Of a DNA stretch of 15,642 bases, positions 5,017 to 12,993 are shown one piece after another (the first letter of the stretch is position 1; the number at the start of each line of letters is the position of its first letter). Both the position numbers and the translations under genes were made by a program. Source of the stretch: a virus; the IMG/VR virus record IMGVR_UViG_3300029700_000039, positions 1 to 15,642 of that record, one strand, 5' to 3'. A model generated the notes under the pieces. It did no database searches, had not been told where the DNA came from, and worked only from the letters and a program-made list of their open reading frames with translations.

Positions 5017-6465
5017 GTGGTGAAACGGTATCACGCGGGGTTCCTGTCCCCGAATCGAAGGTCCAACTCCTTCCCCTGCAACCACCTTTTCTTTAGCCTC
5101 AGGTTTAACGCCGTCAAAAATATCCTCAACGCCCCGAAGCTGGTAGCCCAACAGGAGACCAGAATCAAGGAGCTTGAAACGGACCTGGCCCGGCGAGCGT
5201 TGACGGAACAGAGCCGGAAGCCTAACCAGCCTCAATGGTACGAATATTGGGACCCGTTACAGGGCGCCGACCTGCAAACCCTGATTGACGCCCGGAACGA
5301 AGCGCGGCGTGGAGCCTTTGCCCGCCAAATGCTCATTTGGGACGAGGTCATCTACTCGGACGGCTTGATGGGCATGCTCTATTCCCGGCTCATTGAAAGC
5401 GTCTCCATGCAGGGATGGAAGATTGACGCCGCGGACGACAGCCCGGAAGCCCAGCGTCAGCAGAACGCGCTGGAAGAATTCTATCACTCCGTCACCGGAC
5501 TTCAACAGGCCTTTGGGCAGTTGGCCTCCGCTATGTTTTACGGGTACGCCCACCTCCAATACATCGAAGATTCCTGGGGCCGCCGCTTTGAATTCATCCC
5601 GCAGCGATACTGGGTGCGGCCCGGAGAGCTGAACGAATGGCAGTTTAATCCCCAGTGCTACATCGGGGTCGACACGGGCGAGAGCGTAGAGGAAGAAACG
5701 CTCGTGGTCATGGAGCACCGGAACCCCATTCTTTTTCCGGCAACCCGCGCCTCTTTTGAGCGGAATCACGCCAAAGTTACGTGGGACAACCATATGGACC
5801 GCTACGGGAGCGCCCCGGTCATCATCACGGCGCCCAAGGACGCGAGCGCCGCCGTCATGGACGCGCTGGAACGGGCCTGTGAGGAACTCAAATCGGGAGC
5901 CTCCATTGTGCTTCCTCCCGGCTGCACCGCCGAACCGTTGAAAGCCTCCAACATCAACGAAAACTATTTCCTATCCCGAATCAACATGTCCGACAAGGAC
6001 CAGGTGCGGTTTGTAATGGCCGGCACTCTGACCGTCCTGAATGAATCAGGATCCGGCACGCTGGCCGGGGGAGCGCACACGGATAGCTGGAATTCGGTCG
6101 TCTCCGCGGTCTGTTCCAAGGTCGCCGAAGCTTTTAACGCCGCCATCAGCCCGCTTGTCCTGGGAGACGGCGAACCGCTGGCCCGCCTCCACATCACTTT
6201 TGACACCGTCCAGACCCCGCTGCAGAAAGCCGAGGAAATCGCCGCGCTTGCCGACGGAGGCGTCCGCCCCGAGAAGACCGAGATTGAAGAAAAGATCGGC
6301 ATGTCGATCGAGGACACGCAGGACCCCGTTCCGGTGACGGCGGCGGCCAACAGGGAACCGGAAAAAGCACTCATTCCGCCCGATGCTTATGAACAGCTTC
6401 AGCAAATGATTTACGCCGGACTCATGAAAGGATTTACCGATGATCAGCACGAAACAAATCAATGA
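5017..6465 (+). CDS. Portal protein, Mu gp29 / DUF935-like
   Basis: 482 aa with a GTG start (an alternative in-frame TTG is at 5200). It sits directly after terL. The region ARRGAFARQMLIWDEVIYSDGLMGMLYSRLIESVSMQGWKI matches my memory of the DUF935 N-terminal core. The start is uncertain. Confidence 0.75.
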   Translation: MVKRYHAGFLSPNRRSNSFPCNHLFFSLRFNAVKNILNAPKLVAQQETRIKELETDLARRALTEQSRKPNQPQWYEYWDPLQGADLQTLIDARNEARRGAFARQMLIWDEVIYSDGLMGMLYSRLIESVSMQGWKIDAADDSPEAQRQQNALEEFYHSVTGLQQAFGQLASAMFYGYAHLQYIEDSWGRRFEFIPQRYWVRPGELNEWQFNPQCYIGVDTGESVEEETLVVMEHRNPILFPATRASFERNHAKVTWDNHMDRYGSAPVIITAPKDASAAVMDALERACEELKSGASIVLPPGCTAEPLKASNINENYFLSRINMSDKDQVRFVMAGTLTVLNESGSGTLAGGAHTDSWNSVVSAVCSKVAEAFNAAISPLVLGDGEPLARLHITFDTVQTPLQKAEEIAALADGGVRPEKTEIEEKIGMSIEDTQDPVPVTAAANREPEKALIPPDAYEQLQQMIYAGLMKGFTDDQHETNQ

Positions 6466-7552
6466 CCTGTCCCGACCCGCCAACGGCTGGTTCCACGTTG
6501 AGAAAAGCGGAGACCATGACGTTGACTACGGCGAGGGTCCCGCCGTGTTGCGCATCGACGAGCAGGCGATCCGGGACATGGTGGACGACTTCAACGCCCG
6601 CACCTTTGACGGCCCGGGCATGCTCATCGACGGCGACCACCTGAGCCACGACCTTTCCCGCGATACTCGGGCCCTCGGATGGCTCAAGAGGCTGGACACC
6701 TACCGCGACCCTTCCGGCACGCTGGAACTCTACGGGTTCATCGAATGGACGCCGCGCGGCCTGAAGATGCTGCAGGACAAGGAATACACGCAATCATCCA
6801 CCGAATATGGCGAAGGCATGACTTTGACGGACGGCGTCTACCGCCCGTCGCGTCTGACCGGCTTCGCTCTGACCAACCGGCCGCGCATCAAGGGAAAGCG
6901 GCCTCTGGTCAACCGACAGACTTCCCCCGCCTCCGACGAGGCCGGGGGCGACCCCAAAAGCCCCGAAGAGGGGGAAACAACCCAGAAAACCAATATGGAA
7001 AACGACGATAGAGAATATCCGTCCAAGGAGATGGACAAGGCCCAGCGGGCCCTGTTCGACTCCCTGCTTGACAAGCTGGATGTCGAATTTGACGGCACCG
7101 ACGACATGAGCAGGGCGATCCTCGGACGCCTTGATGAACTGCTCTCGCTGGAAAAGCGTGAGAAAGACCACGTGAACGCCGAAGTGGACGACGCCGTCAG
7201 CACGTACGAAAACGCGCTGGACGAGGAAGAACGCGAGGAATTCACGGAAGAACGCCGGGAAGAGCTGAAAAACTCTCTCCGGGAAAGCCCCGCCGCGCTG
7301 AACGCTTTTATCCGTGCGCTCAACCGCCAGACTCCGCCCAAAAAACCGGATCAGGAGGAAAAGAAGGAACTGCCGAAAAGGACGCCTCTGAACCGCCGCG
7401 CGACGCTGAATCCCCCTGACCCATTCCGCAAGAAGGAATCCATTGACGGATTCAACAACCGCGTCAACGAACTGATCAAGGACGGCATGAAGCGCTATGA
7501 CGCCTACCAGAAAGCGACCGAAGAAGGCTTCATCGTCTCCGCCAACCGATAA
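6440..7552 (+). CDS. Head maturation protease / scaffold fusion, Mu gpI-like
   Basis: 370 aa. The N-terminal domain (GWFHV...LIDGDHLSHD...ALGWLKRL...GFIEWTPRG...YTQSSTEY...LTGFALTNRPRIKG) follows the Mu-like prophage protease I pattern. The C-terminal half is acidic and helical (scaffold-like). Confidence 0.8.
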   Translation: MISTKQINDLSRPANGWFHVEKSGDHDVDYGEGPAVLRIDEQAIRDMVDDFNARTFDGPGMLIDGDHLSHDLSRDTRALGWLKRLDTYRDPSGTLELYGFIEWTPRGLKMLQDKEYTQSSTEYGEGMTLTDGVYRPSRLTGFALTNRPRIKGKRPLVNRQTSPASDEAGGDPKSPEEGETTQKTNMENDDREYPSKEMDKAQRALFDSLLDKLDVEFDGTDDMSRAILGRLDELLSLEKREKDHVNAEVDDAVSTYENALDEEEREEFTEERREELKNSLRESPAALNAFIRALNRQTPPKKPDQEEKKELPKRTPLNRRATLNPPDPFRKKESIDGFNNRVNELIKDGMKRYDAYQKATEEGFIVSANR

Positions 7553-7570
7553 CTTAACCCATATCAACCA

Positions 7571-8002
7571 ATGCCATCACTCAACGTAACCCAGAAAAGC
7601 GCCATCGTCTATTTCAACGCCCCTGAAGGCGTTGACCTGTGCGGACAGGAAGGAACCGTCGTGGCGCTGACCGCCAATCCTGACATCCCCGAATTTGTCG
7701 GAACTCCGTTGTCCGCCATCCCCACGCAGACGCAGCTGCTCGGCGTCGTCCTGCAGGGACAGCCCAACAAGGGAACCTGCGTCGCCGCGCTCGTCGGAAT
7801 GTATGCCGGCCTGATCAAGGCGGCTCTATCCGACACGCCCGGAACCATCAACGCCGGAACGCCCGTCACCATCACGGCCAACGGGACATGGAAGGCCGCC
7901 GCCAGCGGCGACACCGTCTATGCCCGCGTTATTCATGCCCAGTGGGAACAGGGCCTTGTGGAAATCGGCTTCGTTCCGTCCTACCAGGTCGCCGCAGCCT
8001 AA
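7571..8002 (+). CDS. Small head protein, DUF2190-like (possible decoration/cement protein)
   Basis: 143 aa, Gly/Ala/Val/Thr-rich beta-type sequence lying between the scaffold and capsid genes. Resemblance to DUF2190 is an impression only. Confidence 0.5.
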   Translation: MPSLNVTQKSAIVYFNAPEGVDLCGQEGTVVALTANPDIPEFVGTPLSAIPTQTQLLGVVLQGQPNKGTCVAALVGMYAGLIKAALSDTPGTINAGTPVTITANGTWKAAASGDTVYARVIHAQWEQGLVEIGFVPSYQVAAA

Positions 8003-8222
8003 CTATTAACCCCAACCAACAGAAAGACCAAGAACAAGGGCTACTCCATTTTGCTCCGCCGTTCAGTTCACCGATGTCCTGACCTCCTATTCCGCGGGGT
8101 CCGGGAACACCGAAGAGAACTCCATCATCAGCCGCATCGCTCCGATCGTCCCGGTCTATGACCTGAATTTCCAGTACAAGGTCTGGGACACGGAATCGGC
8201 CTTCACCGTCCAGCCCATCCAG

Positions 8223-8963
8223 GTGGGGCCGGGCGAACCTCCCCGCCAGACCGTCCTGCGCGGAAGAAACGAAACCGACACCCTTCAGGGCTACGGCTTG
8301 ACGCTGCCCATCCCTGACGCCTTGCTGGGCGTCAACCGGGAAAAGGCGCAGGCCATCACCCTGGCGGAATACAAACTCATCGAATCCCAGTTTGTGACGT
8401 CGTACGAATACGAACGCGCCAAGCTTCTGATGAGCCAGCTTCCGGCCGCTTCCGGGATGGGTGACTGGGCCAACCAGCAGAAAAACCCGTTGGCGGATCT
8501 GGACCAGGCGATCCTGTCCATCAACGCCGCAACCGGACACATGCCGAACACGATTGTCTTCGGCATCAACGCATGGCAGCTGCTTCGCTCCAACACGCTC
8601 GCGCGTCAGGTGGTTTCCTTCAACAGCGTCGGCCTGTTCAACGAAGACCTTCTTCGCATGGCTCTGATCCGGCCCATCCGGGATATTTACATCGCCTCCA
8701 TGCCGTACCGCGACGCTTCCGGCGACGCGAAAACCATCATGGAAAACGAAGTCTATGTCCTGTACAAGGAAGACTCCCCGACGCAGTTCGACGCCTCCGC
8801 CGTCAAGACCTTCGGTCTTTCCGGCAAGCTTCGCCGAGAAGTCATTACCGAATACAAGCCGACGCCGGCCTTGACGCTCGTCACAAACCGCGTCTACTCG
8901 CTGACCAAGTTGACGAACCCCAGCGCCATCGTCCGCATCGACGCGACGGCCACCGGCGATTAA
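8223..8963 (+). CDS. Major capsid protein (lambda gpE / Phage_cap_E-like); coding clearly extends upstream of 8223
   Basis: The coordinates give the first canonical start (GTG 8223). The frame is open from 8010, and the upstream part (...SIISRIAPIVPVYDLNFQYKVWDTESAF...) looks like the conserved N-region of gpE-like capsids (compare lambda YVSPIV). Also compare NTIVFGINAWQLLRSN with lambda IIVFDPKGWALFRS. Confidence 0.8.
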   Translation: MGPGEPPRQTVLRGRNETDTLQGYGLTLPIPDALLGVNREKAQAITLAEYKLIESQFVTSYEYERAKLLMSQLPAASGMGDWANQQKNPLADLDQAILSINAATGHMPNTIVFGINAWQLLRSNTLARQVVSFNSVGLFNEDLLRMALIRPIRDIYIASMPYRDASGDAKTIMENEVYVLYKEDSPTQFDASAVKTFGLSGKLRREVITEYKPTPALTLVTNRVYSLTKLTNPSAIVRIDATATGD

Positions 8964-8983
8964 CCCTAACGCCCGCCTCCATC

Positions 8984-9460
8984 ATGTCCGCCTTTCCTGC
9001 CTGGTCCACGATTTCCACCGACGAAGCCGATCGGCTGCTCGGTCTCAACACCGCCGAACGCGATGCCCTGGTAACAGCCGGGGAACAGCGCAGCCTGGAC
9101 TACCGGGATGTCATGATGGAGGCGGTCAACGATGTCTGCATGACCATCCGCGGGGCGCTGGCCAACAACCTCGCCCTGCGGCAATCGCTCCAGAACAGCG
9201 GCATGTACGACATTCCGCAAAGCATGCGGTCCCTGGCATGGCCGCTGATCATCCGGCAGCTCTACCTGCGCTACCAGCTTAACCTGACCGAGACGCGCCA
9301 GAAGGCCGCCGAATCGGCGGACGCGATGCTGGCGCTCTACGCCAAAGGGGACATGCTGCCGGAAAGCGTGGACGGCTCCGCGCCCGCGGATCCCGCCTAC
9401 ATGATGCCGCGCTACACGCGCCGCCCCTGGTTCAACCCCATGCGAAGCACCTACCGATGA
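8984..9460 (+). CDS. Head-tail connector/adaptor-like protein (DUF1320 / Mu gp36-like impression)
   Basis: The internal ATG at 8984 (MSAFPAW...) of track ORF 8573-9460 lies 21 nt after the capsid stop. 158 aa, helical. Its stop overlaps the next start (ATGATGA). Confidence 0.5.
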   Translation: MSAFPAWSTISTDEADRLLGLNTAERDALVTAGEQRSLDYRDVMMEAVNDVCMTIRGALANNLALRQSLQNSGMYDIPQSMRSLAWPLIIRQLYLRYQLNLTETRQKAAESADAMLALYAKGDMLPESVDGSAPADPAYMMPRYTRRPWFNPMRSTYR

Positions 9461-10593
9461 TGACCGCCGCCCAAATGGAGATGATCGCCAACGACTACGC
9501 CGAACGCGCCTTCTTCGTGTCCGGGGTGGAACCCGGCGTCATCCTGTCCGATTTTGAGGACAAGGCGTCCCAGGTCGCCTCGGGGGCCTTGAGCTACGAG
9601 GAAGCGCAGCGGGCCATCCGCGAAGCCCTGCGCCAGCAGGGCTACCGCCCCCCGGCGACGGGGCAGGGAGGCATTCAGGATTTGTCCTCATGGGTCCGCA
9701 TCCAGGTCGTCATGGAAACTAACGCGGCCATGGCTCACGGCTACCGGAACTGGTATAACTGGATGCAGGACGAAGACACGGCCGCCTTCAAATTTTACCG
9801 CTCCCAGGGGCGGGAAGACCCGCGCTATTGGGCCGAACGCTGGAACCGTGCCCGGGCCGGGCTGGAAGAAGAAGCCACGGAAGCGGTATCATCCGGCTTC
9901 ATCCGCGGGGAAATCGTCGGCTATGCGCTGGCGGCCTCCGATATCTGGATCCGCCTTTCGCGCTTTGGCACGCCTTACCCGCCCTTTGACTACCTGTCCG
10001 GCATGAACATTGCCCCCGTGGGCGCCGAAGAAGCCCGCGCGGCCGGGCTGGCCGTGTCGCGCGTCCGTCCCGCTCCCCCCAGCTTCAACGCAACCTTGGA
10101 AAGCAACGCCAAAGGCGTGACGGAATCCAACAGGAACAAGATCCGCCGCATCCTGAAAGACGCCGTGCGCGTCAAGACCGGGAACGACGGCAATACCACC
10201 TTTGCCTACACGGACCCGAACGGCACGCGCCCTTACACGGACGCGGAACTGGCGGACGTCCTGTCCGGGGATTTCCCGGAAGAGATCCCCTTGCGCCAGG
10301 CCCAGGCCTTCAGCCTGGCGGCAGCCGGGGGAGCCGTGGCCGGAACGCTGGCGGCCCTCTACCTGGACCGTCTGCTGGACCGCCTGTCCTCCGAGCCGGA
10401 AGGCGTCTGGTACGCCCGGCCCGCAGACGTGGCCGCCGCGACCTCCCGCCAGTATATCCCCGTTTCCCCAAAGGAAGAGGGGGAATTCACCTGGCGCCTT
10501 AATTCCGGGCACGTCAAGAAAGTGGAAGACGTTGCCGGAGCCCTCCGCGTGGAACTGCCTACCCCTTACGTTTTACCCTCCAAATGGCTGTAA
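9457..10593 (+). CDS. Minor head protein, Phage Mu F / SPP1 gp7-like
   Basis: 378 aa. The motifs VRIQVVMETNAAMAHGYRNW and FGTPYPPFDYLSGMN parallel the R-TE---A-N-G and PP-H-NCRC regions of the Mu F family (without the Cys pair). Confidence 0.65.
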   Translation: MMTAAQMEMIANDYAERAFFVSGVEPGVILSDFEDKASQVASGALSYEEAQRAIREALRQQGYRPPATGQGGIQDLSSWVRIQVVMETNAAMAHGYRNWYNWMQDEDTAAFKFYRSQGREDPRYWAERWNRARAGLEEEATEAVSSGFIRGEIVGYALAASDIWIRLSRFGTPYPPFDYLSGMNIAPVGAEEARAAGLAVSRVRPAPPSFNATLESNAKGVTESNRNKIRRILKDAVRVKTGNDGNTTFAYTDPNGTRPYTDAELADVLSGDFPEEIPLRQAQAFSLAAAGGAVAGTLAALYLDRLLDRLSSEPEGVWYARPADVAAATSRQYIPVSPKEEGEFTWRLNSGHVKKVEDVAGALRVELPTPYVLPSKWL

Positions 10594-11249
10594 CCGTCCA
10601 TATTGACCAAACCGCGATTGACCGGGCGTTTGCCGACATGGAGCCGTCCGCGGCCCGGCACAAAACCGCCATCCGCAAGGCCGGCGTCGCCCTGAGCCTG
10701 CTTATCCAGGAAACCCTGCGCCAGCAGGGCAAGGACTACTACGACGGCGCGGCGGACGCCACCACCATGGAAGAAACCGCCGAGGGCGTCAGCGTCTCCA
10801 TCGCCTGGCGCGGCATCGGTCTTCACTGGATCGGCACGCAGGGTTATCTGGGCGGCCCGCTCCGGCCCACGGGGCGCACCTCGGAAATCACCGGGAACCC
10901 GATCCGGAACCTGGCCATCCCTACCATCAACGCCCCCCGCGGCCATGGCGGGGCCCGGAGCATTTACAGCGCCGGCTTCCGCCGAGAGGACTTGCAATTC
11001 ATCCCCTCCAAAAACGGAGGACGCAACGGCAATGTGACCGGCGTCCTCATCCTCAAGACGGCACAATCATCTACCGGAAAGAAAGCGGCCCGCAAGCTGT
11101 TCCGGCAGGGAGCCAGAACAGGCGACGTGCTCTACGTGCTGTGCCGCGAAGTCACGATCCCGCCCACGCCGGGAATTCTCCCGACGATGGACCGGATGGC
11201 GCAGCGCGCCGCGGAAACCTACCTCGCCAACATCGGAAACGAACCATGA
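10584..11249 (+). CDS. Virion morphogenesis / neck protein (function tentative)
   Basis: 221 aa. Translationally coupled on both sides (10-nt overlap upstream, ATGA downstream). Weak resemblance to Mu G-type morphogenesis proteins. Confidence 0.45.
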   Translation: MAVTVHIDQTAIDRAFADMEPSAARHKTAIRKAGVALSLLIQETLRQQGKDYYDGAADATTMEETAEGVSVSIAWRGIGLHWIGTQGYLGGPLRPTGRTSEITGNPIRNLAIPTINAPRGHGGARSIYSAGFRREDLQFIPSKNGGRNGNVTGVLILKTAQSSTGKKAARKLFRQGARTGDVLYVLCREVTIPPTPGILPTMDRMAQRAAETYLANIGNEP

Positions 11250-11776
11250 TCCCTTCCATCGACCAGACCATGTGCCGGCGCATCATTGAGCGCCTGAAGA
11301 ACCTGGGAGCCCTGAACTGCCACATCTTCGAACGTCCCTTTGACCCACAGTACGCCGCCAACGACATCATCATGTCGGCGATGGGCAACAACGGCGTTGT
11401 TCTGGTGTGCCCCGGGGACGCGGCAGAATACCAGGACGGGCACGGACAAACGGAAGCGCCGACGATGTGGCGTCAGTATTTCATCATCGCCTCCATTTAT
11501 CACAACGCGTCCCTGTTCCCGGCGGCATGCCTGACGCCTGATTATTATCTTCGGGCGGTGGGGGACGTGATTGAAGAAGCCCTGTGGAACTGGAATCCTC
11601 TTCCCTTTTCCGCACCGGCGATGATGAAACCCAAAATCAAAGGCCGTTTTTCCTCCTCTGCCATCATTGACGGCGAGAAGCGGCAAATGAACGTTTTGAC
11701 CGTGGATTACCGTGTCCCGGTTAATATTAACATGAGAACCAAGCAAGAATTCTATGAACAAAGCATCAGCAACTGA
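11246..11776 (+). CDS. Structural/neck protein (Gp37/DUF1834-like impression)
   Basis: The internal ATG at 11246 (MIPSIDQTMCRRIIERLKNL...) overlaps the preceding stop (ATGA). 176 aa. Confidence 0.45.
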   Translation: MIPSIDQTMCRRIIERLKNLGALNCHIFERPFDPQYAANDIIMSAMGNNGVVLVCPGDAAEYQDGHGQTEAPTMWRQYFIIASIYHNASLFPAACLTPDYYLRAVGDVIEEALWNWNPLPFSAPAMMKPKIKGRFSSSAIIDGEKRQMNVLTVDYRVPVNINMRTKQEFYEQSISN

Positions 11777-12020
11777 CAAGAAGGCCGTGCGGAAGAGCGC
11801 CCCGAAGCCGGACGAATCTTCCGAAACCGCCGGCAAAACGCCGTCCGCACCGGACGAGAAGAAGAAAACAACTGACAAGAAGGCCGTGCGGGTCATTCGC
11901 ACCCGTGCCGAACTGGACGGAGGGCTGGTGATCAGCCTCTCCATGAAAACCGACACCCCGGAACTTCCCGCGACCATCGCGGAAGCTCTGGCAACCCTCA
12001 ACCTTGTTGACATCAAATGA
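11754..12020 (+). CDS. Small Lys-rich protein with an internal TDKKAVR duplication
   Basis: 88 aa. The N-half looks disordered and basic. Its stop overlaps the next start (ATGA at 12017-12020). It contains the 23-bp direct repeat at 11770-11792 and 11869-11891. Confidence 0.55.
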   Translation: MNKASATDKKAVRKSAPKPDESSETAGKTPSAPDEKKKTTDKKAVRVIRTRAELDGGLVISLSMKTDTPELPATIAEALATLNLVDIK

Positions 12021-12214
12021 GCAAAGCAGCTGCAGCCAACACCGAACCGGAGAAGAAGACGGAGCAGGCCGCCGTCATCAACACGAACATCCTCATTCTG
12101 TCCAAAGAAGTGAGGATAGGGCGCTCAACGTTCTTGAAAGGAGCGCATATTCGTGTTACGAAAGAACTCGCCGATAAGCTGGAAGCCGACGGCAAGGCAA
12201 CAATCATCTACTAA
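12017..12214 (+). CDS. Small hypothetical virion-module protein
   Basis: 65 aa with a coupled ATGA start. A short disordered N-terminus is followed by a compact beta-like C-terminus. Confidence 0.55.
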   Translation: MSKAAAANTEPEKKTEQAAVINTNILILSKEVRIGRSTFLKGAHIRVTKELADKLEADGKATIIY

Positions 12215-12321
12215 CCGTTTCAAGCACCAGGGCAACTACATACGATCCCACATTCACGAACCGCAACGTCACGCCGCAGATTACCGGCGTTCTGGCTATT
12301 TTCCTCCCCGACGGCATCAAG

Positions 12322-12879
12322 GTGACCGAAGACGAGGGAGCTTCTTACGTCACCGGGCCGGACCAGTTTCCGACGCCTCCGACGTCTCCGCCAACGGATC
12401 CGACCGCCGGGCCTGAACAGCCCTGGGTGAGCTTCGGGCTGCTGGGAGCGTTCCAGTCCGTCGCCACCCAGGTCGAAGGGGAAGTGACGCGCTTTTACGG
12501 CGGTGCGCTGGGATATCGCCAGCAGCGCAAGAACACCACGACCGGCAAGCGGATGACCTTCACCACGCCGGACATGTCCCCCGAATGGTTCCAGCTTTCT
12601 TTCGCCTTGGGAGCGCCTCCCGCCAACGGCGAGGAATCGACCACCGTCGGACATGGCGGCGACAATAAGATTGAGGGGTATCTTCACTTCTGGTATCAGA
12701 ACGACGTGGGTACTATCTATCTGGTCGGAACGGCGCATGGCGCCTTGCGCCTCCTGCAGGATCCCGAACACACCACGGCGATTGCTTCACCCCAGTTCGA
12801 GTTCGAAATGGATTATCGCGGCAAGTACCAGTTCACGCCCTCCAATGTGCAGGACGTGACGCCGGCGCCGGGTTCCTGA
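12322..12879 (+). CDS. Abundant structural protein, possibly a major tail/tube-like protein
   Basis: 185 aa from the first canonical start (GTG 12322). The frame is open from 12178. A Pro/Thr linker (PTPPTSPPTDPT) precedes a beta-rich domain. A terminator-like hairpin follows. Function is tentative. Confidence 0.5.
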   Translation: MTEDEGASYVTGPDQFPTPPTSPPTDPTAGPEQPWVSFGLLGAFQSVATQVEGEVTRFYGGALGYRQQRKNTTTGKRMTFTTPDMSPEWFQLSFALGAPPANGEESTTVGHGGDNKIEGYLHFWYQNDVGTIYLVGTAHGALRLLQDPEHTTAIASPQFEFEMDYRGKYQFTPSNVQDVTPAPGS

Positions 12880-12891
12880 CGCGTTTCACCA

Positions 12892-12924
12892 GGGGGCGCG
12901 CTGCGCCCCCGCATCCTCTTTTTT
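12892..12924 (+). terminator. Probable intrinsic terminator/attenuator after the 185-aa structural gene
   Basis: GGGGGCGC (12892-12899), loop GCT, GCGCCCCC (12903-12910), then GCATCC and TCTTTTTT (12917-12924). The U-tract is displaced 6 nt from the stem. Confidence 0.5.
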
Positions 12925-12993
12925 CCCAGGCAGCAGGCAGGCAAATACGATATCCGGACCGTCACGGGGCTGAACCAGTCGCTGGTCGTCCGT

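Noticed and set aside
6794-7567. 257-aa minus-strand ORF antisense to the scaffold half of the protease/scaffold gene. Similar long antisense ORFs lie at 7929-8540, 9889-10512, 10566-11066 and 11219-12016.
   Set aside because: These are typical shadow ORFs of GC-rich coding DNA. In each case the sense strand carries recognisable phage family motifs and tight operon coupling.
7550-8985. The recurring TAAC...TTAACCC-like sequence after the stops of the scaffold, decoration and capsid genes, considered as a conserved intercistronic element
   Set aside because: The similarity is short and imprecise (taacttaaccc, taactattaacccc, taaccctaacgcc). It cannot be distinguished from chance plus stop-codon context without alignment to relatives.
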